From NCBI GenBank assembly GCA_049426285.1, contig JBMSYB010000004.1, forward strand, positions 3,800 to 67,799: DNA of 64,000 bases. The letters are read 5' to 3'. This stretch comes from Burkholderiaceae bacterium (GTDB taxonomy: Bacteria > Pseudomonadota > Gammaproteobacteria > Burkholderiales > Burkholderiaceae_A). Each line of letters opens with the position of its first letter. The stretch's first letter is position 1. This document shows, piece after piece, positions 45,472 to 56,495 of this stretch. The position numbers and the translations under genes are program-made. The notes below the pieces were generated by a model. That model was not told the DNA's origin. It saw only the letters and a program-made list of their open reading frames with translations, and ran no database searches.

Positions 45472-47193
45472 ATGAGTCTGAATCGACGCGAGTTTCTTGG
45501 GGTGATGGCAGCCGCCTCTGCCAGCGGCATGTTTTCTACGTGGCAAGATGCCAATGCGCAGGCCAAAAAAGGCGCAGACCTGTACAACATGCCCAAGTTC
45601 GGTAACGTTAGTTTTCTGCACTTTACTGACTGCCATGCCCAGTTGCTTCCCGTGTATTTCCGTGAGCCCAATGTCAACCTAGGGTTGGGCGAGATGCTGG
45701 GGCGGCCCCCACACTTTGTAGGCGAGTCTCTGCTGAGGCACTTTGGTATTGCCGCCAACACGGCTTTGTCACACGCCTACACCTATCTCGACTTTGAGAA
45801 GGCCGCGCGCACCTACGGAAAGGTGGGCGGCTTTGCGCATATGGCAAGTCTGGTAAAGATGATGAAGGCTTCGCGCCCCTATGCCTTTCTGCTTGATGGT
45901 GGTGATACCTGGCAGGGGTCTGCCACCGCACTCTGGACCAAAGGCCAAGACATGGTCGATGCCACCAAGCTCTTGGGTGTCGACATGATGAGCCCGCACT
46001 GGGAGTTCACTTACGGGGCCGATCGGGTCATGGAGATTGTTGAAAAGGAACTTGCCGGAAAGATCGAGTTTCTTGCCCAGAATGTGAAGACCAATGACTT
46101 TGGTGATCCGGTATTCAAGCCCTATGTGATTCGTCAGCAAAATGGTATTCCTGTGGCGGTCATTGGCCAGGCGTTTCCGTATACGCCCATTGCTAACCCG
46201 CGCCACTTTGTGCCCGACTGGACCTTTGGCATTCAAGATGACAATATGCAAAAGATGGTCGATGAGTGCCGTGCCAAGGGCGCCCAGGTCGTCGTGGTGA
46301 TTTCCCACAACGGCATGGATGTTGACCTGAAGATGGCCTCGCGCGTGCGGGGTATTGATGCCATTTTGGGGGGCCACACCCACGATGGTGTTCCTCAGCC
46401 CGTGAAGGTGAAAAATGCCGGGGGCGTTACGCTTGTTACCAATGCCGGGTCGAACACCAAATTTCTCGGTGTGCTTGATTTTGACGTGAAAAATGGCAAG
46501 GTGGCCGACTTTCGCTATAAGCTTCTGCCGGTGTTTGCCAACATGCTGCCGGCAGACAAAGAGATGCAGGCCTTTATCGATAAGGTACGTGCGCCCTACA
46601 AGGCGAAACTCGAAGAGGTACTGGCTGTAACGCAGGGAACTCTGTATCGGCGGGGTAACTTCAATGGCAGCTTTGACCAGCTTCTGGTTGATGCCATGAT
46701 CGACGTAAAAGGCGCCGACATTGCCTTCTCTCCGGGGTTTCGCTGGGGCACCTCTTTACTGCCAGGCCAGAGCATCACCCGCGAGCATGTCATGGACCAG
46801 ACCGCAACCACCTATTCGTTTAGCACGCTTACCGAGATGTCAGGTGAAATGATAAAAACCATTCTAGAAGACGTCTGTGACAACCTGTTTAACCCCGACC
46901 CCTATTACCAACAGGGCGGTGACATGGTGCGTGTGGGTGGGCTTGAGTATGCCTGTGCGCCTCTTGAAAAAATGGGCAACCGCATTCAGGACATGCGGTT
47001 AAAGGGTAAGCCGATTGAGGCCAATAAAAACTACAAGGTGGCGGGATGGGCGCCGGTTGCGGAAGGCGCCTCGGGCGAGCCGATCTGGGATGTGGTGGAG
47101 ACCTGGCTCAAAGACAAAAAAACCGTGCCTGCGCTCAAGATCAATACGCCACGCCTCATCGGCATGAAGGGTAACCCTGGTATTTCTTTGTAA
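45472..47193 (+). CDS. soxB: Thiosulfohydrolase SoxB
   Basis: Tat signal NRREFL, HFTDCHAQL, DGGDTWQG, HWEF, SHNG, GGHTHDG, RRGNF, QQGGDMVR. Confidence 0.96.
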   Translation: MSLNRREFLGVMAAASASGMFSTWQDANAQAKKGADLYNMPKFGNVSFLHFTDCHAQLLPVYFREPNVNLGLGEMLGRPPHFVGESLLRHFGIAANTALSHAYTYLDFEKAARTYGKVGGFAHMASLVKMMKASRPYAFLLDGGDTWQGSATALWTKGQDMVDATKLLGVDMMSPHWEFTYGADRVMEIVEKELAGKIEFLAQNVKTNDFGDPVFKPYVIRQQNGIPVAVIGQAFPYTPIANPRHFVPDWTFGIQDDNMQKMVDECRAKGAQVVVVISHNGMDVDLKMASRVRGIDAILGGHTHDGVPQPVKVKNAGGVTLVTNAGSNTKFLGVLDFDVKNGKVADFRYKLLPVFANMLPADKEMQAFIDKVRAPYKAKLEEVLAVTQGTLYRRGNFNGSFDQLLVDAMIDVKGADIAFSPGFRWGTSLLPGQSITREHVMDQTATTYSFSTLTEMSGEMIKTILEDVCDNLFNPDPYYQQGGDMVRVGGLEYACAPLEKMGNRIQDMRLKGKPIEANKNYKVAGWAPVAEGASGEPIWDVVETWLKDKKTVPALKINTPRLIGMKGNPGISL

Positions 47194-47245
47194 TCGTGTT
47201 ACCGTTTTTGCAACGCGAAGTCTCAGGGAGGGGCGAGGCATAGGC

Positions 47246-47626
47246 ATGGTACGTAGGTGGTCGCGTAGTAGCGCCTCTAGAGGCGCTCGTGTTGAGGCCT
47301 TTGTTGCTGGGGCATTGTTTATTGGGGCCGTGATGCTAATGGGGTTTGTGGCTGAGTCTGCACAGGCGGCCCCATTTGCCAAGGGTAACCTGGCAACCGG
47401 AAAGGCACTGCATGACAAAAGCTGTGCCTCCTGCCATAACTCAATGATGCCCGATGGCAAGGGCGCTGAAATTTATTCAGAAGACTTTCGCAAGATGCAG
47501 AACCTTGCCCAGGTAAGAACCATGATTGAGGTCTGTGCAAGCCGCAGCCGCGCGGGCTGGTTTGAAGAAGAAATCGAGCATGTGGGGCGTTATCTCAACG
47601 ACACCTACTATAAGTACACCAAGTAA
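47246..47626 (+). CDS. Small periplasmic c-type cytochrome
   Basis: Signal peptide, G.ALHDKSCASCH, and C-terminal WFEEEI..V..YLN..YYK. Confidence 0.82.
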   Translation: MVRRWSRSSASRGARVEAFVAGALFIGAVMLMGFVAESAQAAPFAKGNLATGKALHDKSCASCHNSMMPDGKGAEIYSEDFRKMQNLAQVRTMIEVCASRSRAGWFEEEIEHVGRYLNDTYYKYTK

Positions 47627-47689
47627 GCGCCTAGTAGGCGAGATACCCTCGGGTGGGTTTTTCGGTGTTGGGCCACTTGGATTCGGCGC

Positions 47690-48484
47690 CTATTTCTTTG
47701 CTAAGACAATCGAGCCCTTAAACCGTCCGGCAAAAATAAGGTTCATCTGCGCGCCGCTTGCTGACTCTGTAACGATTACCCCGGGTTGCGGTAACGGGTC
47801 TGTTTCTTTGATCTGCAGCAGGCCTTCGGTCCAATAGACGCGTAGATGGGCAGTCATGGGTAGGTAGCCATCGAGGTACCGCCGCATCAGTGGGCCTGCC
47901 TGCAGCCGCCAGGATTTCTCATCAATTGCGTCTAGGGCCTGGGAGTCAAGGTCGATACAGATGGATGCCCCGCGCTGCACCTGGGTGAGTACCACCAGAT
48001 GCCGATCAATCTCCACCTTCTCAATGCCTTCTGCCTTAACGACCTTCAAGGAGCGCAGACGGTCTTTATTAAATGCGATGACGACCTTGCGAATGGGGTC
48101 AAGCTGGTAGTGGCAGGTGGAGAGCTGCACCATGCCCGTGGTGAGGCTCTCGGGGCTGATGCGCACATGCGACTCATAGCGGTAGGTATGGGGTTCGGGG
48201 TGGCTGGCAAGATACCGCAGCTCGCCTTCCTTTGCGATATCGGAAAACTCAAGGGCATGGGCAGTGCGTAGAGCAATGCCCGATAGCGGCCCTGGCAGAA
48301 GACTCGTTGCAGCAGTGAGCAGCAGTAATGCTACGGGGCATAACACAGCCAACCGAGACAATGAGGCCATCGGAGGCAATGAGGTCCGAGGCGACAATTT
48401 GGCGAAAGCGGGCAATGAGGCGAAAGCGGGCAGTGAGGCTAGTCGCGCAACAAGGGTGTGGATTGGGGAGAATCGCGTAGCCAT
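47690..48484 (-). CDS. Hypothetical exported protein
   Basis: Long ORF with a signal-peptide-like stretch (AVLCPVALLLLTAA...AHA) and a globular domain (EGELRYL, CHYQLDP, GPLMRRYLDGY.PM, PQPG). Start uncertain. Confidence 0.65.
   Translation of the reverse strand: MATRFSPIHTLVARLASLPAFASLPAFAKLSPRTSLPPMASLSRLAVLCPVALLLLTAATSLLPGPLSGIALRTAHALEFSDIAKEGELRYLASHPEPHTYRYESHVRISPESLTTGMVQLSTCHYQLDPIRKVVIAFNKDRLRSLKVVKAEGIEKVEIDRHLVVLTQVQRGASICIDLDSQALDAIDEKSWRLQAGPLMRRYLDGYLPMTAHLRVYWTEGLLQIKETDPLPQPGVIVTESASGAQMNLIFAGRFKGSIVLAKK
48359..48448. repeat. Five degenerate 18-nt tandem units
   Basis: Units start at 48359, 48377, 48395, 48413 and 48431 (caatgagg, caatgagg, caatttgg, caatgagg, cagtgagg). 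They encode ASLPAF-type hexapeptides on the minus strand. Confidence 0.75.
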
Positions 48485-48502
48485 AGACGCATTCTTTCTT
48501 GG

Positions 48503-49177
48503 TTAGGAGCGTAGCGGTAACAAAGGCCCGAGTACCTTCCAGACGTTTTCGAGCATGATGGGCTGCGCCTGGGCATTAGGATGAATCTGGTCTGCCTGAA
48601 AGAACGACAGGTCTTCGGCAAAGCCATCGATCAGCAGAGGCACCAGGGGTATTTTTTCTTGTTGTTGCAGGCGACGATAGACCTGGTCGAACCTTGTCGT
48701 GAACGCTTCGCCAAAGTTGGGCGGCATGGTAATGCCCACCAGCACCACCTGGGCCCCGGCAGACCGGCTCAGCCGAATCATTTCGCGCAGATTTTGTTCG
48801 GCCTGCTGCAGAGAAAGACCGCGCAGACCGTCGTTGCCGCCGAGCTGCAGAACAACCCAGCGTGGACGGGTCTGCCGCAACACTCGCTCAAAGCGCTGCA
48901 GACCGCCGTGGGTGGTTTCCCCGGAGAGGCTTCGGTTTTCGACCCGAATCGGGGAGCCCTGCTGGCTGAGGCGCTGCTGCAATAACCAGGCCCAGCCTTG
49001 TTCACGGCTCAGGCCATAGGCCGCCGACAGGCTATCGCCGTAGACCAGAATTGTTGGGGCGGCCGGCGCCGCGGCCTGGGCAACGCCCATAAGGGCTTTG
49101 GGGAATGGATAAGCGACAATAGCGGCAAGGCCCACAATGCCGCAGAAAAAAGAAAGCCAACTCCGACCCAACCGCAT
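48503..49177 (-). CDS. tesA: Arylesterase / acyl-CoA thioesterase I (SGNH hydrolase)
   Basis: GDSLSAAYG, SGETT.GG, LGGNDGLRG, PPNFG, DQIHPN. Confidence 0.9.
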   Translation of the reverse strand: MRLGRSWLSFFCGIVGLAAIVAYPFPKALMGVAQAAAPAAPTILVYGDSLSAAYGLSREQGWAWLLQQRLSQQGSPIRVENRSLSGETTHGGLQRFERVLRQTRPRWVVLQLGGNDGLRGLSLQQAEQNLREMIRLSRSAGAQVVLVGITMPPNFGEAFTTRFDQVYRRLQQQEKIPLVPLLIDGFAEDLSFFQADQIHPNAQAQPIMLENVWKVLGPLLPLRS

Positions 49178-49195
49178 ACCAAGGAACCCTTTTTA

Positions 49196-49912
49196 GTGAC
49201 CGAAAACCGTGACCATGACCCTACCGTAGACGCACCCGTGGCGGCCAGCACGCCCGCAATTGAGGCGCGCGGCGTTACCAAGCAGGTATCTGATGGCGAC
49301 ACGCCACTTACCATTCTGCACGAGGTAAGCCTTACCGTCGCGCCGGGTACCTCTCTGGCGATTCTCGGCCCATCAGGATGCGGAAAGTCTACTCTTTTGG
49401 GCCTGCTTGCGGGGCTTGATACCCCAAGTGCGGGCGAGGTGATCTGGCAGGGCGAGGTCATCTCTTCGCTGTCAGAAGAAGACCGCGCGGCACGGCGCAA
49501 TGGCAGACTGGGATTTGTCTTTCAGTCGTTTCAGTTGTTGCCGCAGCTCACGGCTCTGGAGAATGTGATGCTGCCTCTGGAGCTTTCGGGCCATGCTGAT
49601 CCTATGCCTCTGGCCAAAGATATGCTCGCTCAGGTGGGGCTCTCGTCCCGGCTCGGGCATTTCCCCAAGACGCTTTCGGGCGGTGAACAGCAGCGGGTGG
49701 CGCTCGCGCGCGCCTTTGTCTTAAACCCACCGCTGCTCTTTGCTGATGAGCCTACAGGCAGCCTAGATGCGGTCAGTGGAGACCGGGTCATGAGCCTCTT
49801 TTTCGAACTGCAGGCGCGGCACCAAACGACCGTGATCGTGGTCACCCACGATGCGGCTTTGGCCCAACGCTGTGCCAGCCGGGTGCAGATGCAGGCGGGC
49901 CGGATCGTATAA
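49196..49912 (+). CDS. ABC transporter ATP-binding protein, YbbA/LolD-like
   Basis: GPSGCGKST, FVFQSFQL, LSGGEQQRVALARA, FADEPTG, VVTHD. Start set at GTG 49196 after an AAGGAA RBS. Divergent from tesA, as in the ybbA-tesA arrangement. Confidence 0.88.
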   Translation: MTENRDHDPTVDAPVAASTPAIEARGVTKQVSDGDTPLTILHEVSLTVAPGTSLAILGPSGCGKSTLLGLLAGLDTPSAGEVIWQGEVISSLSEEDRAARRNGRLGFVFQSFQLLPQLTALENVMLPLELSGHADPMPLAKDMLAQVGLSSRLGHFPKTLSGGEQQRVALARAFVLNPPLLFADEPTGSLDAVSGDRVMSLFFELQARHQTTVIVVTHDAALAQRCASRVQMQAGRIV

Positions 49913-49921
49913 TCCAGTTCT

Positions 49922-52900
49922 ATGTCAGAGCTGCTCTGCCTCCCGGGTGTTGAGGCGTTTTCAGGCTTTCGCAGGGCGCAGAAGCTCTCAGCCCTGCAGC
50001 GTGTCTCCTCACGCGTAAAGGCTGTCTCTGCCTTCTGGGTCTATCTGGTTTTGCGCGATATGCGGCATTCCGCAGCCGCAGTGGGCGCCCCGGGCGGAGG
50101 CGGGCGGACTGGGCCAACCGGCACTGCCGATCTCGCCTTTTCAGAGCGGCAGCGACTGCAGCAGATGCTCGACCTCTCCGGCTTTGAGATTCCACCCGTG
50201 CCACGAGATTCGACCCGGCTCTGGGTCTTTCCCCGTCGCGGTACGCGTTCGCCCTGGTCTTCCAAAGCTACCGAGATTCTGCAGCGCTGTGGGCTTTCTG
50301 CGGTCCTTCGGGTTGAGCGGGGCCTATGTTGTGACCTGCGCGGTGTAAAGGCCGCAGACCCTCAGATTATGCCCCTGGCGGCAACTCTGCACGACCGCAT
50401 GACTGAGGCGGTCTTTGTGGGCGACCCGCCGGGCGATCTCTTTGCCCCCGTGGCGGCGCAGCCTCTGCAGCACATTACGCTGGGAGAGTCTTCTAACACG
50501 GCACGGGCGGCGCTCACCGAGGCCAACTGCGCCCTGGGTCTGGCCTTGTCGGCAGACGAGGTCGACTACCTGGTGGATGCCTATCGGGCCCTTGGCCGCG
50601 ACCCCACCGATGTGGAGCTCATGATGTTTGCCCAGGCCAATTCAGAGCACTGTCGGCACAAGATATTCAACGCCAGTTTCAGTATCGATGGTCAGCCGCA
50701 GGAATTGTCTTTGTTTCAGATGATTCGGCATACCCATGCCGAGACGCCCGAAGGCACGGTATCTGCCTATAGTGACAATGCGGCAATTCTGCGGGGCGCT
50801 CAGGCCTTGCGACTGATACCAGCCGCGGGCGCTGCTTCGGCTGCACCGCATGCAGATAGCAGCGCCCCTGGTTCGGTGGGCCTGCCCGCGGGGCCTGGGC
50901 CCTACTGCGAGCTGCCCATGCAGCTGCATACGGTGTTAAAGGCAGAGACCCATAACCATCCCACCGCTATTGCCCCGTTTCCTGGCGCCGCCACCGGTGC
51001 TGGGGGCGAGATTCGTGACGAAGGTGCCACAGGTCGCGGTGCGGAGCCCCGGGCTGGGCTTACGGGATTTGCGGTATCCGCAATTGATTTCGATGGGGCA
51101 GCGCAGGGAGGGCTCAACGGACGATTCGATGGGCCCAGACGCATTGCCTCTCCGGTGCAGATCATGATCGACGGCCCGCTCGGTGGAGCAGCCTTTAACA
51201 ATGAGTTTGGCAGGCCCAATCTTCTAGGCTACTTCCGTAGTTTTCTGCTCGACCACGAGGGGCGGCGCTGGGGCTATCACAAGCCCATCATTCTCGCTGG
51301 AGGGGTAGGGGTGGTGCACGATGCCTTTTGCTTTAAGCAGGAACTGCCTGCAGGTGCCCTGCTCGTGCAGCTTGGCGGACCGGGCATGCGCATTGGGGTG
51401 GGAGGGGGCGCGGCATCTTCGATGCAGACTGGTAGCAACGACGAGGCGCTTGACTTCAACTCGGTACAGCGCGGCAACCCGGAGATGCAGCGGCGGGCCC
51501 AGGAGGTAATCGATGCCTGCGTGGCCCTTGGGCCAGACAATCCGATCATCTCAATCCACGATGTCGGGGCAGGGGGCCTGTCGAATGCCTTTCCGGAACT
51601 CGTTCATGGCGCAGGCCGTGGGGGCGACTTTACTCTGTCGGCCGTACCGGTCGACGAGCAGGGTCTCTCGCCTGCCGAGATCTGGTGCAACGAGTCGCAG
51701 GAGCGGTATGTTCTGGCAATTGCACCCCAGGCGCGCGCGCGTTTTGCCGCGATTGCCGCGCGGGAACGCTGCCCCTGGGCAGTGATTGGTGTGGCAACCA
51801 ATGAAGACAGGCTGCGTCTGACGGCCGAGGGAGGGCCAGCGCCAGTTGATATGCCATTGTCGGTGCTGCTGGGTAAGCCGCCTAAGATGCAGCGCGATGT
51901 AACCACCGTGCCCTTGGCATCTGCCGAACTCGACCTGACAGTGCTAAAGCTCGAAGATCTGGCCGAGGCGGTGCTTGCCCACCCCACCGTGGCGAGCAAA
52001 GAATTTCTCATCACCATTGGCGATCGTACCGTGGGCGGACTCACGGCCCGCGACCCAATGGTGGGCCCCTGGCAGACCCCGGTGGCCGATGTCGCAATCA
52101 CCTTATGGGACTACCGAGGCTACGGTGGTCAGGCCATGGCGCTTGGTGAGCGCAGTCCAATTGCCGTGGTGGATGCCGCAGCCTCTGCCCGTATGGCCTT
52201 AGGCGAAGCGATCACCAATTTATTAGCAGCACCCATCGAAGACCTGCGTTCGGTAAAGCTCTGTGCCAACTGGATGGCGGCCTGCGGTGAGCCTGGGCAG
52301 GATGCAGCACTCTATGCTGCAGTAAAGGCGCTTGCCCTGGAGGTATGCCCACAACTCGGTCTGTCTATTCCCGTGGGAAAAGACTCGCTCAGTATGCGCA
52401 CCCAGTGGCAGTCGCCCGAGGGCCCCCAGGCCGTGATTTCTCCAGTGTCTTTAAACCTCACGGCGGTGGCGGCGGTGGCCGATGTGCGCAGGGCCTTTCT
52501 GCCGGTCCTTGATACCACCGTGGTGAACTCAGTTTTGGTATTGATCGACCTTTCAGCAGGCAGGCAACGCCTGGGCGGGTCGATTCTCGCCCAGACCCAG
52601 AACCAGTTTGGCGGATCACCGCCAGACCTGGACGACCCCATGCTGCTGCAGTCGCTTGCGGCCGCACTCGCAGATCTTCGTAGCAAAGACGGCCTGGTGT
52701 GTGCCTATCATGATCGTTCTGATGGCGGTCTCTGGGCCTGTATCTGTGAGATGGCCTTCGCCGCGCGCTGTGGCGTGACACTCAATATTGATCTTCTTGC
52801 TATAGACCCGGTTGCGGCCGACTGGGGTGACTTTAAGATTCGCCCCGAGCAGGTAGCTGTGCAGCGCGATGAGATCACCATGAAGGCGCTGTTTAACGAG

Positions 52901-54046
52901 GAACTGGGGGTGGTGCTGCAGATACCCAAGGCCCGGCGGTCGGAGTGTATGGATATTCTGCGGACCCATGGGCTTTACAAGAACAGTTTTGAGATCGGTG
53001 GGCTGAACCTACGTGACACCATTGAGATCTATCGTGACGCCAAGTGCATTTATGCCAAGCCCCGTCGCCATCTGCAGCGGGTCTGGTCAGAGGTCAGCAG
53101 ACGTTTTGCCGAGCGCCGAGATGAGCCCGCGTTGGCGCGCCAGGCCGTTGATGCTATTGATACAACCGAGCCCGCGATACCTGTCGTTCTGCCAGAGGCA
53201 CTCGTTGCACGCCACCAGCAGCTCTCCGCTCCAGCGCTGGTCACGGGTATAGCGCCCAAGGTGGCTATCCTTCGAGAACAGGGTGTGAATGGTCAGGTCG
53301 AAATGGCCGCGGCCTTTCAGCGGGCCGGCTTTGCGCCCTGGGATGTGCATATGTCCGACCTTGCCGAGGGCCGAGTGTCACTCGCAGACTTTCAAGGGTT
53401 TGCGGCTTGTGGCGGGTTTTCTTTTGGCGATGTGCTCGGGGCTGGCCAGGGCTGGGCCAAGTCGATCCTCTACAACAATGCCCTACGCGAGCAGTTTGCC
53501 GATTTTCTTGCCCGCAGTGACCGGTTTGCCCTGGGGGTCTGCAACGGATGCCAGATGATGAGCGGCCTTAAAGAGATTATTCCGGGGGCTGAGGACTGGC
53601 CACGATTTGTACGCAACCAGTCGGAGCAGTTTGAGGCGCGGCTGTCGGGGGTCACGGTGCGTGATTCGCCATCGCTCTTTTTTGCTGGAATGGCCGGTGC
53701 GCGACTGCCCGTGGTGGTGTCGCATGGCGAGGGCCGCGCGGCCTGGGGCGAACGGTCATCGGGGAAAGCCGATACCATTCCTGCAGGGCTGAAGGCCTGC
53801 CTGCAGTTCACCGATGCCAAGGGCGAGCCTGCCGCTGCGTATCCTGCCAACCCCAATGGCTCTGCCCAGGGTCTTACCGGCTTTTGCAATACCGATGGCC
53901 GTATCACGATCTTAATGCCCCACCCCGAACGGGTCTTTCGGAATGTGCAACTCTCTTGGGTGCCTGAGCAGTTCCAAGCATTGGGCGATGACTCGCCCTG
54001 GATGCTCATGTTCCGAAACGCCTTTGACTGGGTGCGCCAGGCATAG
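49922..54046 (+). CDS. purL: Phosphoribosylformylglycinamidine synthase (large single-chain form)
   Basis: [70 protein letters not shown]. Confidence 0.97.
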   Translation: MSELLCLPGVEAFSGFRRAQKLSALQRVSSRVKAVSAFWVYLVLRDMRHSAAAVGAPGGGGRTGPTGTADLAFSERQRLQQMLDLSGFEIPPVPRDSTRLWVFPRRGTRSPWSSKATEILQRCGLSAVLRVERGLCCDLRGVKAADPQIMPLAATLHDRMTEAVFVGDPPGDLFAPVAAQPLQHITLGESSNTARAALTEANCALGLALSADEVDYLVDAYRALGRDPTDVELMMFAQANSEHCRHKIFNASFSIDGQPQELSLFQMIRHTHAETPEGTVSAYSDNAAILRGAQALRLIPAAGAASAAPHADSSAPGSVGLPAGPGPYCELPMQLHTVLKAETHNHPTAIAPFPGAATGAGGEIRDEGATGRGAEPRAGLTGFAVSAIDFDGAAQGGLNGRFDGPRRIASPVQIMIDGPLGGAAFNNEFGRPNLLGYFRSFLLDHEGRRWGYHKPIILAGGVGVVHDAFCFKQELPAGALLVQLGGPGMRIGVGGGAASSMQTGSNDEALDFNSVQRGNPEMQRRAQEVIDACVALGPDNPIISIHDVGAGGLSNAFPELVHGAGRGGDFTLSAVPVDEQGLSPAEIWCNESQERYVLAIAPQARARFAAIAARERCPWAVIGVATNEDRLRLTAEGGPAPVDMPLSVLLGKPPKMQRDVTTVPLASAELDLTVLKLEDLAEAVLAHPTVASKEFLITIGDRTVGGLTARDPMVGPWQTPVADVAITLWDYRGYGGQAMALGERSPIAVVDAAASARMALGEAITNLLAAPIEDLRSVKLCANWMAACGEPGQDAALYAAVKALALEVCPQLGLSIPVGKDSLSMRTQWQSPEGPQAVISPVSLNLTAVAAVADVRRAFLPVLDTTVVNSVLVLIDLSAGRQRLGGSILAQTQNQFGGSPPDLDDPMLLQSLAAALADLRSKDGLVCAYHDRSDGGLWACICEMAFAARCGVTLNIDLLAIDPVAADWGDFKIRPEQVAVQRDEITMKALFNEELGVVLQIPKARRSECMDILRTHGLYKNSFEIGGLNLRDTIEIYRDAKCIYAKPRRHLQRVWSEVSRRFAERRDEPALARQAVDAIDTTEPAIPVVLPEALVARHQQLSAPALVTGIAPKVAILREQGVNGQVEMAAAFQRAGFAPWDVHMSDLAEGRVSLADFQGFAACGGFSFGDVLGAGQGWAKSILYNNALREQFADFLARSDRFALGVCNGCQMMSGLKEIIPGAEDWPRFVRNQSEQFEARLSGVTVRDSPSLFFAGMAGARLPVVVSHGEGRAAWGERSSGKADTIPAGLKACLQFTDAKGEPAAAYPANPNGSAQGLTGFCNTDGRITILMPHPERVFRNVQLSWVPEQFQALGDDSPWMLMFRNAFDWVRQA

Positions 54047-54089
54047 AGGCATAGGGCACAGTTTTTTCTTCTGATCGGAATTTTTCGCG

Positions 54090-55706
54090 ATGTTATCGAC
54101 CGCCAATATCACCATGCAGTTTGGGGCGAAGCCCCTTTTTGAAAACGTCTCGGTGAAGTTTACCGACCGCAACCGCTATGGCCTGATTGGCGCTAATGGC
54201 TGCGGAAAGTCCACCTTCATGAAGATTCTGGGCGGCGACCTTGAGCAGACCAGTGGCGAAGTCATGAAAGAGCCCGGCGTGCGTCTGGGCAAACTGCGCC
54301 AAGACCAGTTTGCCTATGAAGACGTGCGGGTGCTCGATGTGGTGATGATGGGCCACGAAGAGATGTGGGCTGCCATGACCGAGCGCGATGCGATTTACGC
54401 CAACCCCGATGCCACCGAAGACGACTATATGAAGGCGGCCGACCTTGAGGCCAGGTTTGCTGAATACGATGGCTACACGGCCGAAGCCCGAGCGGGTGAG
54501 TTGCTACTAGGCGCAGGCATCCCTAGCGAGCAGCACAATGGGCCGATGCGTGAGATTGCCCCTGGCTGGAAGCTGCGGGTGCTCTTGGCCCAGGCCTTAT
54601 TTAGCAACCCCGATGTACTGCTGCTTGATGAGCCCACCAATAATCTAGATATCGACACCATTCGCTGGCTTGAAGACCTGCTCAACGACCGCGACTGCAC
54701 CATGATCATCATTTCGCACGATCGACATTTTTTGAACTCGGTCTGCACCCATATGGCTGACGTCGACTACGGCGAGATTCGTATCTACCCCGGCAACTAC
54801 GACGACTATATGCTGGCCTCCACCGAATCACGCGCGCGGCTCATGGCGGCCAATGCCAAGAGTAAAGAACGCGTTACAGAATTGCAGGAGTTCGTACGCC
54901 GATTCGCTGCGAATAAAAGCAAGGCTAAGCAGGCGACATCCCGGCGTCGGCTGATTGAAAAGATTCAGTCAGAGGCGGTAGAGGTGCGGCCCTCCTCGCG
55001 TCAGAATCCGTTCATTCGGTTTGAGCAGACCAAGCAGCTCTTTCGTCAAGCGGTGCACCTTCAGAGCATTGTTAAGGAATACGATGGCCAAAAGGTGCTC
55101 GATAGGGTCTCACTTATGGTGGAGGCCGGCGAAAAGATCGCGATTGTGGGGCCCAATGGAGCGGGAAAATCCACCCTGGTCAAGGCCATGGTGGGCGATG
55201 AGAGGGGTGGCATTGCCATTGATGCGGGACTCGTAAAGTGGGCCGAGAACGCCCAGATTGGCTACATGGCCCAGGATGTCTACCCGCAGTTTGAGCAGGA
55301 CACCACACTGACCAGTTGGCTGCGGGCCTATGCCCAGGAGGGCGACGATGACCAGGCGCTGCGATCGATTCTTGGGCGCTTGCTCTTCTCAGGCGATGAG
55401 GTGCATAAGCCTGTTAAGGTACTCTCGGGAGGCGAGAAGCACCGCATGAGCTTTGGCCGTTTGATGCTCGAACGGGCCAATGTGCTGCTCCTGGATGAGC
55501 CAACCAACCACCTTGACATGGAGTCGATTGAGTCGCTGCAGCTGGCCCTTGAGAAGTACCCCGGCACGCTTTTTTTGGTCTCTCACGACCGCGAGTTTGT
55601 CAATGCCGTGGCCAACCGCATCTGGGCTATGCATGGCGATGGCAAGGTAACCGACTTTAAGGGCAGCTACGACGAGTATCTGGCAAGCCTGGGGGTGGCG
55701 GCCTAG
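54090..55706 (+). CDS. ABC-F family ATPase (YbiT-like)
   Basis: [24 protein letters not shown], two Walker A motifs ([18 protein letters not shown]), two LLLDEPTN motifs, no TM segments. Confidence 0.92.
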   Translation: MLSTANITMQFGAKPLFENVSVKFTDRNRYGLIGANGCGKSTFMKILGGDLEQTSGEVMKEPGVRLGKLRQDQFAYEDVRVLDVVMMGHEEMWAAMTERDAIYANPDATEDDYMKAADLEARFAEYDGYTAEARAGELLLGAGIPSEQHNGPMREIAPGWKLRVLLAQALFSNPDVLLLDEPTNNLDIDTIRWLEDLLNDRDCTMIIISHDRHFLNSVCTHMADVDYGEIRIYPGNYDDYMLASTESRARLMAANAKSKERVTELQEFVRRFAANKSKAKQATSRRRLIEKIQSEAVEVRPSSRQNPFIRFEQTKQLFRQAVHLQSIVKEYDGQKVLDRVSLMVEAGEKIAIVGPNGAGKSTLVKAMVGDERGGIAIDAGLVKWAENAQIGYMAQDVYPQFEQDTTLTSWLRAYAQEGDDDQALRSILGRLLFSGDEVHKPVKVLSGGEKHRMSFGRLMLERANVLLLDEPTNHLDMESIESLQLALEKYPGTLFLVSHDREFVNAVANRIWAMHGDGKVTDFKGSYDEYLASLGVAA

Positions 55707-55752
55707 CCCCTATTGCTGCGCACTTCCGAGACTTCCGAAAGATCGTCGAGAC

Positions 55753-56457
55753 CTACAGCACTAGGTTCTGGGCTTCACGGGCGCGGTAGAGCATATCAAG
55801 AGTGATTTTTCGTACCTCGATTTTGCTTTGTTCAATATGAGCCGAGAGTAGCCGCTGCGATTCTTCGCTGCGCCGGGCCTCTAAAGCCTTCACTATGAGG
55901 CCGTGCTCGGTGTAGGTGGCGTCGATGCGGTGCTCTTTGGTGAAGTCAAGCCGCCGCACAATGCGAATTCTTTCGGTGATCTCGCGGTGGGTCTTGGTGA
56001 TCTCTGAATTACCCGCAAGGGCAACGAGTTCCTGGTGAAAAGACTCATCGAGCATACCTACCCGTTTGGCATCTTTAATGCGATCCGCTGGCTTGACTCG
56101 CCATATCTTTGAGAGCGCTGTCAGGCCAGGCCGAGGGCCTTCGATGAGACAGACCATACGAGCCGCGAAGCACTCAAGCAGAATACGAAAGTCATAAAGC
56201 GCATCTAACCGCTCGAAGCGAAGCGGTGGAATCATCCACCCCACCTTGGGCTGTGCCTCTACAAAGCCTTCATGCTGCAGACGCTGAAGGGCCTGACGCA
56301 GGGGCGTGCGACTCAGACCCAGCGACTCTGCAAGCTCGGATTCCGAGAGCCGATCACCGGGCATAAAGCCAAAGTCGAAGATTCGCTCCTTTAGGCTGCG
56401 ATAGGCCTGATCGGCCAGAGACTCGCCTGCGGGAGGAATGTGAAGAAGTCTGGGCAT
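55753..56457 (-). CDS. GntR family regulator (FCD domain)
   Basis: PGDRLSESELAESLGLSRTPLRQALQRL HTH, with LDESFH and EHGLI in the FCD domain. Confidence 0.92.
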   Translation of the reverse strand: MPRLLHIPPAGESLADQAYRSLKERIFDFGFMPGDRLSESELAESLGLSRTPLRQALQRLQHEGFVEAQPKVGWMIPPLRFERLDALYDFRILLECFAARMVCLIEGPRPGLTALSKIWRVKPADRIKDAKRVGMLDESFHQELVALAGNSEITKTHREITERIRIVRRLDFTKEHRIDATYTEHGLIVKALEARRSEESQRLLSAHIEQSKIEVRKITLDMLYRAREAQNLVL

Positions 56458-56495
56458 AGGGATTGGGGTGTGGGGGTCAGAACCTAAAGCGATGC

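Noticed and set aside
47627-47690. Possible attR copy of the tRNA-Leu 3-prime end closing a cbb-sox island
   Set aside because: Only a short CGCCTA-G-TAGGCG hairpin (47628-47640) is present. I saw no match to the tRNA 3-prime end and no integrase in the window.
48998-49195. 66-aa N-terminal extension of the YbbA-like ATPase
   Set aside because: It overlaps tesA on the opposite strand, and GTG 49196 has an RBS.
55722-55738. ACTTCCGA direct repeat between ABC-F and gntR
   Set aside because: Two 8-nt copies in a convergent gap, compatible with chance.
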